Assembly: GCA_963762865.1 (NCBI GenBank)
Contig: CAVXNC010000024.1
Span: 76,495-140,494 of the forward strand
Length of the DNA: 64,000 bases
Direction of reading: 5' to 3'
Origin: an uncultured Actinomycetota bacterium
GTDB taxonomy: Bacteria > Actinomycetota > Actinomycetes > JACCUZ01
Below the pieces are notes generated by a model. That model saw nothing but the letters and a program-made list of their open reading frames with translations. It had not been told where the DNA came from and did no database searches. Within the stretch, counting starts at the first letter, position 1; the number at the start of each line of letters is the position of its first letter. Positions 9,875 through 19,597 of the stretch are shown one piece after another. Both the position numbers and the translations under genes were made by a program.

Positions 9875-10312
9875 TCAGGTCTTGTTCAGCTCCTCGGCGA
9901 ACATCACGAGGATGCCGCTGGGGCCGCGGACGTAGGTGAGCTTGTAGACGTCTTGGTAGGTCGCGACGCCGCGCAGCGGGTGACAGCCGTGCCGCTCGGC
10001 GATCTCGAGGGCCTCGTCGATGTCGTCGACCGAGAAGGCGACGCGGTGCATGCCGATCTCGTTGGGTCGGGTGGGCTCGGTCTCGATCGCGTCAGGGTGG
10101 ATGTACTCGAAGAGCTCGAGGCGACCGTTGCCGTCCGGCGTCTGGAGCATGGCGATGTTGGCGTGGTTGCCGTCGAGCCCGACGGCGGTATCGGTCCACT
10201 CGCCGCTGACCGTGTCACGGCCGAGGACGGTCAGGCCGAGGTCGGTGAAGAAGGCGATCGTCGCTTCGAGGTCGCGCACGGCGATGCCGACGTTCTCCAG
10301 CTTGATGGGCAT
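9875..10312 (-). CDS. VOC (glyoxalase/bleomycin resistance/dioxygenase) family protein
   Basis: 145 aa reading MPIKLENVGIAVRDLEATIAFFTDLGL... The ORF-track start at 10660 is an over-extension. Confidence 0.75.
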   Translation of the reverse strand: MPIKLENVGIAVRDLEATIAFFTDLGLTVLGRDTVSGEWTDTAVGLDGNHANIAMLQTPDGNGRLELFEYIHPDAIETEPTRPNEIGMHRVAFSVDDIDEALEIAERHGCHPLRGVATYQDVYKLTYVRGPSGILVMFAEELNKT

Positions 10313-10498
10313 GCGTGCCACCGTACCGAGGCAAGGCACTTCGTCATGTTCCGTGGGTGACAGCTGCCACGACGCGACCAGGACGTCGGCGGCGACGGCG
10401 CCGACACGCGTCGATGGGCTTGCTGCACACCTGTGGATCTGATCTTGTTTGTGACTCCGCCTCAGGCGAGCCGCCGAGACCGTGACGGTCTCGATGGA

Positions 10499-11614
10499 AT
10501 GCCCAGACACGATCGGTACGGACCCGGGTTGAAGGCCATCCTGCTGAGCGGCACGTGCGCGCTCATGGTGTCGTTGTTCCTTACTCGCTGGGCGATCGCG
10601 CAGTTCGCCACCTGGGGCCTTGGGCAGCTGATCCGCGACGACGGCCCTAGGACCCATCACGTGAAGCGGGGTACCCCGACGATGGGCGGCGCCGCCATCG
10701 TGGTCTCGGTGGTTGTCGGCTATGCGTCCGCCAAGCTGTTGGCCTGGGACCCACCCTCCCGGTCCGCGCTCCTGGTGCTCTTTCTCCTGGTGGGCATGGC
10801 CGGGGTGGGATTCCTCGACGACTTCATCAAGGTCAGGAGGCAGCGCAGCCTCGGTCTCCGGAGCAAGGCGAAGGTGTTAGGACAGACCGTTGTCAGCCTC
10901 ACGTTCGGATTCCTAGCGCTCCACCCGCTGGGCGACGGGGCGGCAGCCGTTGTTTCGCACAGGCTTTCCCTCGGGCATGACTTCGGCCCGGCGTTGCCTT
11001 GGGTGATCGTCATGGCGCTCATCTGGGTCATGGTGAGCGGGACCAGCAACGCGACGAACCTCATCGACGGACTCGACGGGCTGCTCACAGGCAGTGCCAC
11101 GATGGTCTTCGGCGCGTACACCATCATCGGCATCTGGCAGAACAACCACTCGTGCGGATCCGTCGGCACGACCAACGGCTTGTGCTACCCAGTGGCTTCC
11201 CCGCTGGACCTGGCTACCGTCGCAGCCGCCCTGGCCGGCGCCTGCTTCGGGTTCCTGTGGTGGAACGCATCCCCGGCCAAGATCATCTTGGGGGACACCG
11301 GCTCCCTCGCCCTGGGGGCAGCCATGGCGGGGCTCGCACTGATGACCCGGACCGAGCTGCTCCTGATCGTCCTCGGCGGCTTGTACGTCGCCGTCACCGG
11401 GTCGGTGATGCTCCAGGTGTCCTGGTTCAAGCTGACCAGGCGCACCACCGGGGTGGGCAGGAGGATCTTCCGCATGGCGCCGCTCCAGCATCACTTCGAA
11501 CTGCTCGGCTGGGAGCAGGTCACGGTGGTGATCCGCTTCTGGATCATCGCGGGGATGTGCGCCGCGACTGGGCTCGGAATCTTCTACAGCGACTGGCTGG
11601 GAAGCCAGTCATAG
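10499..11614 (+). CDS. mraY: phospho-N-acetylmuramoyl-pentapeptide transferase (actinobacterial MurX/MraY type) located outside the dcw cluster
   Basis: MraY signatures HHVKRGTPTMGG, NATNLIDGLDGL and ILGDTGSLALG are present, plus the actinobacterial Cys-containing loop WQNNHSCGSVGTTNGLCYP. The flanking genes (VOC, SigJ) are not the mur/fts dcw genes that normally surround mraY. Confidence 0.85.
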   Translation: MPRHDRYGPGLKAILLSGTCALMVSLFLTRWAIAQFATWGLGQLIRDDGPRTHHVKRGTPTMGGAAIVVSVVVGYASAKLLAWDPPSRSALLVLFLLVGMAGVGFLDDFIKVRRQRSLGLRSKAKVLGQTVVSLTFGFLALHPLGDGAAAVVSHRLSLGHDFGPALPWVIVMALIWVMVSGTSNATNLIDGLDGLLTGSATMVFGAYTIIGIWQNNHSCGSVGTTNGLCYPVASPLDLATVAAALAGACFGFLWWNASPAKIILGDTGSLALGAAMAGLALMTRTELLLIVLGGLYVAVTGSVMLQVSWFKLTRRTTGVGRRIFRMAPLQHHFELLGWEQVTVVIRFWIIAGMCAATGLGIFYSDWLGSQS

Positions 11615-11655
11615 AGCCACCCGAACGTCGACATGATGCCGATCGCCGCGTCAGG

Positions 11656-12591
11656 TCAGTTCGTCATGTCCCGCCACGGACGGCGGACCTGGTTCGCCTC
11701 GCGGTTGACCGCCCACGCATCCGCGACCGGTCCGACGTGCCCGAGCTTGTCGGGGTTCAGCACCGAGCGGATCGTCTGGATCTGCCCGTCGAGCACGTCG
11801 ATGGCCCAGGTCGTCAGCACCCCGCCGTCGCGGTCGCGGAAGATCGCGCCGGGCTGACCGTTGACCTCGTGCCGCTCGAAGACGACACCGATGCGCTGGA
11901 ACGGGTCGCTCATCGCCGCCAGGACGCGGGCCACGTTGTCCCCGCCGATGATGCCCCTGGCCCACTGCGGTGCCTTGCCGCCGCCGTCGCCGACCATCTG
12001 GGCGTCGGCGGCAAGCAGCTCCCGCAGCCCGTCGACGTCGCCCTCCTTGAAGGCGTCGAAGAACCGCTCGGCGAGCTCGTCCCGTTCTCGCCGGTCTGCC
12101 TCGAAACGCGGCCGACCGTCGTCCATGTGCCGGCGTGCCCGCACGGCGAGCTGACGACAGGCGGCCTCCGACCGGCCCACCGCAGCGGCGACCTCCGGGA
12201 AGCTGAACCCGAACACCTCCCGCAGCACGAAGACCGCCCGCTCGAGCGGGCTGAGCCGCTCGAGCAGCAGCAGGGCGGCCATGGACACCGAGTCGGCCAG
12301 CTCCGCCGAGCGCTCCGGGTCCTCGTAGGGGTCGGTGAGCAGCGGCTCGGGGAACCACTCACCGACGTACGCCTCCCGCCGCACCCTGGCCGAGCGCAGC
12401 ACGTCGATCGAGATCCGGGTCACCACGGCCGAGAGGAAGGCCTTGGTCGACGTGGGTGTCGTCCCGGAGGCTTCGTAGCGGAGCCAGGTCTCCTGGACCG
12501 CGTCCTCCGCCTCGGTCACGCTGCCCATCAGTCGATAGGCGATCGAGAACAGCAGCGGACGCAGCTCCTCGAACTGCTCGGCCTTGGTCAC
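11656..12591 (-). CDS. ECF sigma factor, SigJ-like (sigma-70 regions 2 and 4 plus a C-terminal SnoaL-like domain)
   Basis: VTKAEQFEELRPLLFSIAYRLMGSVTEAEDAVQETWLRY resembles mycobacterial SigJ. The GTG at 12591 forms a GTGA overlap with the upstream stop. Confidence 0.8.
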   Translation of the reverse strand: MTKAEQFEELRPLLFSIAYRLMGSVTEAEDAVQETWLRYEASGTTPTSTKAFLSAVVTRISIDVLRSARVRREAYVGEWFPEPLLTDPYEDPERSAELADSVSMAALLLLERLSPLERAVFVLREVFGFSFPEVAAAVGRSEAACRQLAVRARRHMDDGRPRFEADRRERDELAERFFDAFKEGDVDGLRELLAADAQMVGDGGGKAPQWARGIIGGDNVARVLAAMSDPFQRIGVVFERHEVNGQPGAIFRDRDGGVLTTWAIDVLDGQIQTIRSVLNPDKLGHVGPVADAWAVNREANQVRRPWRDMTN

Positions 12592-13514
12592 GCCAGCCCT
12601 TCCCTGAACCCCAGGCGCCACGAGGGGTAGCGCAGCTCCCAGCCGAGCTCCCGCTTGGCCTTGGCGTTGGAGAAGCCGCGTCCCTCGGTCATCATGCCCA
12701 CGGCCACGTCACCGGCGATCAGCCGGGCCAGCCAGGTCGGGACCTTCCTCGGCCGCTTCGCCCCGGTGGCGGACGCGAGGTACGGGAGCCATTCGCTCGC
12801 CGGGGCAGGCTCGTCGTCGACGATGTTGAAGACACCCTTCGCCTGCTGCTCGATCGCGAGCACAGTGGCGCTCGCCGCGTCGTCGACGTGGATCCAGGAG
12901 AAGTACCCGGTGCCGCCGCCCACGAGGGGGAACTGCCGCTTGCGCACGACCTCGAGCTGGTCGTCGCTCGCGCCGGGCCCGTAGAACCCGCCGTACCGCA
13001 GGGCGACGCCACCGGCCTTCACGACCACGTCCTCGACATGGCTGATGGCGGCCATCTGCGGCTCCGCCACAGTCCCCGTCATCGGCTCCAGCCCGTCCTC
13101 CTCGGTCTTCACCCAGCCGCTGGTGCGGATGCCGTTGAAGCTCCCGAAGCTCTGCGCCACGACGTGCGCGACACCGGCTGCCTCGGCCGCGGCGAGGAGG
13201 TGGTCCGTCCCCTCGGTGCGCAGCCGGTTGGTGGTCGCGAACCACCGGTCCATGTGCCGGAAGTCGGGCTTGCCGGCGATCGAGGTCATCTGGTGCACCA
13301 TCGTGTCCGGCTTCGCCGCTGCCACTGCCTCACCGACCGATGCCGCGTCCAGCCCGTCCATCACGACCGCGTCGGCGCCCATCTTCTCCAGCGAGACCAG
13401 CCTGCCGGGCTTGGACGTCGTCGCGGTCACCTGATGGCCGCGCGCCACGAGCTCCGGTACCAGCCGCTGACCGATGACCCCTGTTCCGCCTGCCACGAAA
13501 ACCCGCATTGCCAT
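12588..13514 (-). CDS. NAD(P)-dependent epimerase/dehydratase (NmrA/SDR-like)
   Basis: Rossmann motif MRVFVAGGTGVIGQRLV. This family is a common partner of SigJ. Confidence 0.8.
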   Translation of the reverse strand: MAMRVFVAGGTGVIGQRLVPELVARGHQVTATTSKPGRLVSLEKMGADAVVMDGLDAASVGEAVAAAKPDTMVHQMTSIAGKPDFRHMDRWFATTNRLRTEGTDHLLAAAEAAGVAHVVAQSFGSFNGIRTSGWVKTEEDGLEPMTGTVAEPQMAAISHVEDVVVKAGGVALRYGGFYGPGASDDQLEVVRKRQFPLVGGGTGYFSWIHVDDAASATVLAIEQQAKGVFNIVDDEPAPASEWLPYLASATGAKRPRKVPTWLARLIAGDVAVGMMTEGRGFSNAKAKRELGWELRYPSWRLGFREGLA

Positions 13515-13598
13515 CACCTTCCTGTGTCGGTTGTCTCTCTCGGACTTGAGACGAGACAGCCGCGCGGGCTGTGACATGCACGCGGAGAGTCGCGCGGA

Positions 13599-14120
13599 TC
13601 AGAGCCGGTGCAGGGTGACGTCGGTCAGCTCCCCGCCGCGCACGGTCGCGGTCAGATAGGTGTGGTGCGGCTGACGTCGACGGTCGGTGGGCGAGCCCGG
13701 GTTGAGCAGTCGCATCCCGCGCGGCGTCGTGGTGTCCCACGGGATGTGGCTGTGCCCGAAGACGAGAACGTCGACGTCGGGGTGTGCCTCGTCGCACCGC
13801 CTCTCGCGGCCGGTAGACGGACCCGTCTCGTGTACGACGCCAAGCCGGAGACCGTCGAGCTCGACGCGGGCAACTTCGGGCAACCGAGCCCGGATGGCCG
13901 GGCCGTCGTTGTTGCCGAAGACGCCGACCAGCCGCTTCGCTCTCGCCTCGAGCTCGTCGACAAGGGACTCGTCGACCCAGTCCCCGGCGTGCACGACGAC
14001 GTCAGCTGCATCGACGGCCGCCCAGACATCGTCGGGCAGCGTCCGAGCCCGCCGAGGCACGTGGGTGTCGGCGATCAGGAGCAGCTTCACCCGACGACCA
14101 TGCCCGATGGCGGGCGACAT
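13599..14120 (-). CDS. metallophosphoesterase (YfcE-like)
   Basis: LLLIADTHVP...HAGDWVDE...GNND...GHSHIP motifs are present. Confidence 0.8.
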   Translation of the reverse strand: MSPAIGHGRRVKLLLIADTHVPRRARTLPDDVWAAVDAADVVVHAGDWVDESLVDELEARAKRLVGVFGNNDGPAIRARLPEVARVELDGLRLGVVHETGPSTGRERRCDEAHPDVDVLVFGHSHIPWDTTTPRGMRLLNPGSPTDRRRQPHHTYLTATVRGGELTDVTLHRL

Positions 14121-14132
14121 GCTCAGCAGAGG

Positions 14133-15334
14133 TCAGGCAGCGAGCAGGTCGACGCGCTCGAGATCCCGGGATCGGCCGCGGCGCTCCACGAGGACCGACG
14201 CACCGAGCACGGCAAGTCCGATGACCGCAAGGCCCGCCCCCACCACGGCAGGGGACGTGTAGCCCCACCCGGCCGCGATGACCACACCGCCGAGCCAGGC
14301 ACCCAGCGCGTTGGCCATGTTCAGCGCCGAGTGGTTCAGCGTGACGGCCAACGCCTTCCCGTCACCAGAGACGTCGAGCAGTCGCGCGGTGATCGCCGGA
14401 AGTGACATCGACATGACGATGCCGAGGATCGTCGCCGTCGCCGCGGCTGTCACGACGCCGTGGGCGGTGACGGTGAAGAGCAGCAGCGTGGCGACGGTCA
14501 GCACCGGGCCGATCACAAGCGCCCGCAGCACCGACCAGTCGGCGAGATGCCCACCCGCAACGGTGCCGACCGTCATGCCGACACCCAGCAGCGCCAGCAC
14601 GATCGGCACCTGTCCGTCGCTGTAGCCGCTCACCTCGGTCAGCGTCACCGCGATGTAGCTGTAGACCGCGAAGAAGCCGCCGAAGCCGACCGCCCCGATC
14701 AGCAGCGTCAGCCAGACCAACGGTCGCCGAAGCGCGGTCAGCTCGCGCCGCGGGCTGGCCCCGTGGGCGCCGACGCGGGGAACCGAGATCTCGACGGCAA
14801 GCACGGTGAGGGCAGCGATGACGACCACCACGATGTAGGCCGAGCGCCAGCCGAGTGCTTGCCCCAGCAGCGTCGTGAGCGGCACACCGACGACGTTCGC
14901 CACCGTCAGCCCGGTCATCGTCGACGCGACTGCCCGCGCCCGTCGGCCCGGCGGCACCAGCGCAGCGGCCACCACCGCGGCGAAGCCGAAGTAGGCGCCG
15001 TGCGGCAGCCCGCTGAGGAAGCGTGCACCGACGAACATCGAGAAGCTCGGCGCCATCGCCGACAGCAGGTTGCCGACGCCGATGGCGGCGGCGAGGAAGA
15101 GCAGCAGCCCCTTGCGGGGCATCCGAGCGGCGAGCACCGCGAAGAGCGGCGCGCCGACGACGACCCCGAGCGCGTAGGCGGAGATGGCGTGGCCGGCGGT
15201 CGGCACCGAGACGTCCAGGTCGCGTGCGACGTCGGGCAGCAGGCCCATGCTGGCGAACTCGGTGGTGCCGATCCCGAAGCCGCCCAGAGCAAGGGCGGTG
15301 AGGCTCACCCAGACCGGGACGCACCGGCCGCGCA
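14133..15334 (-). CDS. MFS transporter
   Basis: 12-TM MFS with ...WVSLTALALGGFGIGTTEF.... The N-terminus is uncertain. The 14133..15551 ORF is probably over-extended. Confidence 0.8.
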
Positions 15335-15588
15335 CGCCGTTGCGGCGGGGCAGCGGGGTCGGCTCGACGCCGGAAGTCGCCCCGGAAGAGGCGGGCGCAG
15401 CAGCGCGAGCGTCCGGGACGGACGTGGAGGGGGGCACGGCGGGGCTTCCTGGCAGGACGGGCGTCGGTCGGTGCTGCTCGGGTCGGGGTCGAGGCCCCAA
15501 GGGTGCGAATGCATCCCGGTCCCTGATCCATTCCGACGCCCGCCCCGGCATCTCACATCCGCCGTGCTTCGGCAGGATCCCAGCGGCG

Positions 15589-15972
15589 TCAGGCAGGAAC
15601 TCGACGCTCCTCCATGAACCCGACGGGCGTGTCGTCCGGATCGGCCACGAACGCCATCCACAGCTCCGTGTCGCCGTCCCGGTGGACCAGGTGCGCCCCC
15701 GAGATCTGCCGGGCGCCCCGCCCGGTCACCTCCGCCAGCGTGGCGTCGACGTCGGAGACCCGGTAGTAGACGACCGGTCGCGACCGGAAGCGCTCGTCCT
15801 CCGGCACCCCGAGGTAGAGCCGCACACCTCCGGCGTCGAAGAAGGCCATCGGCTGCCCCTGCACGGTGAACAGGTGCGTCAGGCCGAGCACGTCACGGTA
15901 GAAGCGCACCGACTCCTCGAGGTCACTGACGCTCACGTGCAGCTGGCCGATGCCTTGGATCTCGCTGGTCAT
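15589..15972 (-). CDS. VOC/glyoxalase family protein
   Basis: MTSEIQGIGQLHVSVSDLEESVRFYRDVLGL... Confidence 0.7.
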   Translation of the reverse strand: MTSEIQGIGQLHVSVSDLEESVRFYRDVLGLTHLFTVQGQPMAFFDAGGVRLYLGVPEDERFRSRPVVYYRVSDVDATLAEVTGRGARQISGAHLVHRDGDTELWMAFVADPDDTPVGFMEERRVPA

Positions 15973-16054
15973 CTCGGTCGTCTCCGTTCGACACGCCACA
16001 TCGAATACTTCAGGTGCTGAACTGTCAAGAGGTTCATGCTGTTAACTGTCTCGG

Positions 16055-16531
16055 ATGAGCTCGGACCTGCCTCCGCTGCCTGCCGGAGTCCCCCGCAACA
16101 GCCGCCACCGGGTCGCGAACGCCTTGAACAGCACCGCGATCCACGCCATCCGGGCAGCCCGGACAGCGGACACCGTGACCGGTCTCACCCCGGAGCGGCT
16201 CTCCCTGCTCTCGGTCCTCGTCTTCGGCGGGCCGGCCACGATGTCGGCGCTGGCCAGGGCCGAGCAGGTCACCCGGCCGGCGATCACCCGCACCGTCGGG
16301 GCCTTGGAGGCGGCTGGTCTGGTCCGTCGCGAGGAGGTGGCGGCCGACCGGCGGCAGAGCCTCGTGTCGGCGACGGCTGCGGGCAAGCGGCTGCTGGAGG
16401 CCGGGCGGCGGGCCCGGATCGAGCGACTTGCGGCCGTCCTTGGCGACGTACGCCCGGAAGAGCTGACCGAGCTGGACCGGGCGCTCGCCGTGGTGCGGAA
16501 GGCGCTGCGCAGCAGCGCACAACGGGGCTGA
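16055..16531 (+). CDS. MarR family transcriptional regulator
   Basis: Winged HTH with LTPERLSLLSVLVFGGPATMSALARAEQVTRPAITRTVGALEAAGLVRRE. Confidence 0.85.
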   Translation: MSSDLPPLPAGVPRNSRHRVANALNSTAIHAIRAARTADTVTGLTPERLSLLSVLVFGGPATMSALARAEQVTRPAITRTVGALEAAGLVRREEVAADRRQSLVSATAAGKRLLEAGRRARIERLAAVLGDVRPEELTELDRALAVVRKALRSSAQRG

Positions 16532-16536
16532 CCGAA

Positions 16537-16989
16537 TTAGGCGGGTGCCTCGCCGGCGACCCGGCCCTCCCACTTGGTCGACAGCACGACGGTGGTCCGG
16601 GTGCGGGCCACGCCGCGGATGGAGCGCAGCCGGGAGAGCGTGCTCTCGAGGGCGGGGACGTCGGGGACCCGCACCTTGAGCAGGAAGCTCTCGTCGCCGG
16701 CGACGAACCAGCAGTCCTCGACCTCCTCGACGCGCTCCAGGGAGCGGCCGACGGTGTCCTGGTCGGAGGTGTCGGTGAGGTGGACGCCGACGAGGGCGGC
16801 GACCGAGCGGCCGAGGGCGACCGGGTCGACCGCCGCGTGGTAGCCGATGATCACCCCGTCGCGCTCCAGGCGGCCTACCCGCTCGGTGACGCTCGGGCCG
16901 GAGAGGCCGACGGCGCGGCCCAGCTCGGCCCAGGAGGCACGGGCGTCCTGGCGGAGCGCGCGGATCAGGGCCCGGTCGATGTCATCCAC
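16537..16989 (-). CDS. Lrp/AsnC family transcriptional regulator
   Basis: MDDIDRALIRALRQDARASWAELGRAVGLSGPSVTERVGRLERDGVI plus a RAM domain. Confidence 0.85.
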   Translation of the reverse strand: MDDIDRALIRALRQDARASWAELGRAVGLSGPSVTERVGRLERDGVIIGYHAAVDPVALGRSVAALVGVHLTDTSDQDTVGRSLERVEEVEDCWFVAGDESFLLKVRVPDVPALESTLSRLRSIRGVARTRTTVVLSTKWEGRVAGEAPA

Positions 16990-17090
16990 AGTTCGGGACC
17001 CCCTTCGCCTGGGAAGATACTTTGCCGATAGGGTGTTACCACCTTAGAATCGAAGGCAACAAGGCCGCAAGACCTCAGAAAGTAGGAATC

Positions 17091-17213
17091 GTGTTCACCC
17101 TCGACCTGGCCCGCGCGCACATCCGCGAGCTGACCCGGCAAGCTGACGACCACCGTCAGATCCACGACGCGCACGCGCCCCGGCGCCGCCGCCGTCAGCT
17201 CCGCCGCGGCTGA
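17091..17213 (+). CDS. putative small Arg-rich ORF (40 aa) in the divergent Lrp / PLDc_N intergenic region
   Basis: GTG start with AGGAA 6 nt upstream. Encodes VFTLDLARAHIRELTRQADDHRQIHDAHAPRRRRRQLRRG. No homology support. Confidence 0.15.
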   Translation: MFTLDLARAHIRELTRQADDHRQIHDAHAPRRRRRQLRRG

Positions 17214-17284
17214 CCCGGCCATGGCGCCAGCGGGCACGGCCCGCGCAAGGCACGTAGGCTGACCAGCGGAGGGATGCTCACCCC

Positions 17285-17671
17285 ATGCTCAAGGTCCTGC
17301 TGTACGCCCTGCCGATCATCCTGGCGATCTACGCGCTGGTCGATCTCGTGCAGACCCGCGACGAGGACGTCCAGGGGCTGCCGAAGCTCATCTGGGTCGT
17401 CCTGATCGTGCTGATCTGGGTCATCGGCCCGGCCGCCTGGCTGCTCGCCGGCAAGCGCGGCCGATCGATCCTGCCCAACCTGTCGCCGCGCGCGGCCGGC
17501 GGTCCCAGTGGCCCGCCCGCGCGTCCGATGGCGCCGGACGACGACCCGGACTTCCTGCGCGGGCTCGGCCGGTCGACGCCGCCTCCCACGCCTCCCCCTG
17601 CGCCGCCTGCAGCCCCGCGCTCCGACGCGGACGACGAGCCGGGTGACGACCCGCCGGTCACCGCTCGCTGA
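17285..17671 (+). CDS. PLDc_N (phospholipase-D-like N-terminal) domain membrane protein
   Basis: Two TM helices with LPKLIWVVLIVLIWVIGPAAWLLAGKRG and a Pro-rich tail. Confidence 0.7.
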   Translation: MLKVLLYALPIILAIYALVDLVQTRDEDVQGLPKLIWVVLIVLIWVIGPAAWLLAGKRGRSILPNLSPRAAGGPSGPPARPMAPDDDPDFLRGLGRSTPPPTPPPAPPAAPRSDADDEPGDDPPVTAR

Positions 17672-18454
17672 CCGCCCGGACCAGCGCCGCCCTGTTGTCG
17701 CGCAGCCACGCGTCGTCAGCGGCCGCCCGCGCCTCGCCGTCGGTCTCCGCCCAGTGGCTCGCCCAGGGCTCGCGCCCGGCTGCTGCCTCCGCGCGGACAT
17801 GGCCGATCTGCTGCGCGCGTTCCTGGAGGATCACGTCGACGAGCTCCGCCGCCCGCTCCGGCTCGAGCCCGTAGGCGCGAGCGAGAAGACCGACTCGCCG
17901 TACGCCGTCAAGCTGGTCGGGATGGTGCAGCCGCGCGCCGGGCGCGTGCATCGGTGCCCACTCCTCGCACGCGATGGCGAGGTCCCACAGCGGCCGGCCC
18001 GGTGCCGCCTCCCCGAAGTCGATGAAGGCGACGACGCGACCGTCCCGGAAGACCACGTTCTCCGGGAAGAGGTCGTTGTGGCAGACGACCGGGCCGCCCT
18101 CGCGATCGGACCACTCGTCGGGCCAGCCGGCGGCTGACGTCTGGTCGAAAGTCGCTGTCGCGTCGTGGAAGCGGCGCAGCAGCCGGCCGACGCTCTCGAG
18201 CGCCACGTCGGTCAGCGCCCACTGCGGGTAGGGCGGCAGCGGTACGTCACCCTCGACGAACGTGAGGATGTCGCGGCCCTGCTCGTCGACTCCGAGGAAC
18301 CGTGGCGCGGCCTCGAAACCGACATCCTCGAGGTGCCTGAGCAACGCGCGCATGGCGGGCGACGACCGTCTGGCCGGTCGGCGCACGGTGTCGCCGACCC
18401 GCACCACACCCGCGCCCGGGTCCATCCCGCCCGCCAGGGCCGACTCGTCGCTCA
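17658..18454 (-). CDS. phosphotransferase (APH/choline-kinase-like) family protein
   Basis: HNDLFPENVV and IDFGEA catalytic/Mg-binding motifs are present. The 451-aa ORF N-terminus is an over-extension. Confidence 0.75.
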
Positions 18455-18587
18455 CGCCGCCAGCGTGCACGATCCGCCCGGCAACGTGCTGTCGCAGGCA
18501 GGAACCAGGGCGAATCGGGACGTGAGGAGTCAGGCGTTGAGGTGCCGACCACAAGAGACCACCATGAAGGTCGACGAGGAGGCAGAC

Positions 18588-19001
18588 ATGACCCATCACG
18601 AGCACCCCAACGTCCAGCTGGTCCGCGACGGCTTCGAAGCCGTCGACCGCGGCGACATCACCTGGTTGGCCGAGCACCTCTCGGAGGACGTCGTCTGGCA
18701 CGTCGGCGGGAACAGCAAGTGGGCGGGGTCCTACCGCGGCACGGCCGAGGTGCTGGCCTTCTTCGCCCGGCAGGGCGAGGCGATGGGGTCGGGACCCGCA
18801 GCCAAGATCCACGACATGCTCGGCAACGACGACCACGTCGTCGTCCTCGGCGACGCGACAGCGACCGCCAGGGACGGCTCGAGCGCCGCCTGGAAGTACG
18901 TGAACATCTTCCACGTCAAGGACGGCAAGGTGTCCGAGGTCTGGGGCATGGCCGAGAACGACGCCGACGTCGACCCGTTCCTCGACGCGCTTCCTGGCTG
19001 A
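18588..19001 (+). CDS. SnoaL-like / NTF2-fold (ketosteroid isomerase-like) protein
   Basis: MTHHEHPNVQLVRDGFEAVDRGDITWLAEHLSEDVVWHVGGNSKWAGSYRG... Confidence 0.7.
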   Translation: MTHHEHPNVQLVRDGFEAVDRGDITWLAEHLSEDVVWHVGGNSKWAGSYRGTAEVLAFFARQGEAMGSGPAAKIHDMLGNDDHVVVLGDATATARDGSSAAWKYVNIFHVKDGKVSEVWGMAENDADVDPFLDALPG

Positions 19002-19088
19002 CAGCGGCTCCACTCCGGGTTGGTCCGCACTGCGCTGTGGGCCCGGGTACTCATTGCCATCTGCCGCTGCGGAGCCCAGGCTCCGGGC

Positions 19089-19481
19089 ATGGTCGTCACC
19101 CGCTCCGCCATTGCGTCACTTGCCCTGTGCCTCCCGCTGCTGCTTGCGGGTTGCGGGCAGTCGGACCAGGCGGGGTCGACACCGGAGCCGGCTACCGACG
19201 CGACTGCGCAGTCTGCGGCGCCGGCCATCCCCCCGGAGGGATCGACGGCCCGCACGATCTCCTACCGATGCACGAGCGGACGGCAGGCCACCATCGAGGT
19301 CGACGTGCCCGACCTTCGGGACCTGGCCGCGACGCTGAACAAGATCCAGCCCTGCGAGTACGACCGCGGCTTCGACCGCGGCACGGTGACAGTCGGGTGC
19401 CCGTCCGCGACCACTGAGATCTCGCTCCGCGGCCGAGACGGCCAGGCGCTCCAGCCTTCGGAGAGCTCTCTCTGCCACTAG
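19089..19481 (+). CDS. putative lipoprotein
   Basis: Signal peptide plus lipobox (LPLLLAGCGQ), Cys-rich mature region. Confidence 0.55.
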   Translation: MVVTRSAIASLALCLPLLLAGCGQSDQAGSTPEPATDATAQSAAPAIPPEGSTARTISYRCTSGRQATIEVDVPDLRDLAATLNKIQPCEYDRGFDRGTVTVGCPSATTEISLRGRDGQALQPSESSLCH

Positions 19482-19597
19482 CGGCGACCTGCTTGTCGCC
19501 GCGGCTGGACTCTCGCCGTCGCGCCACTGACCGCCAGCCATATGTGCGTCGCGTCGATCGCCGCCCCTCTGTACCTTGTCGCCGGTGGGAGCTCACG

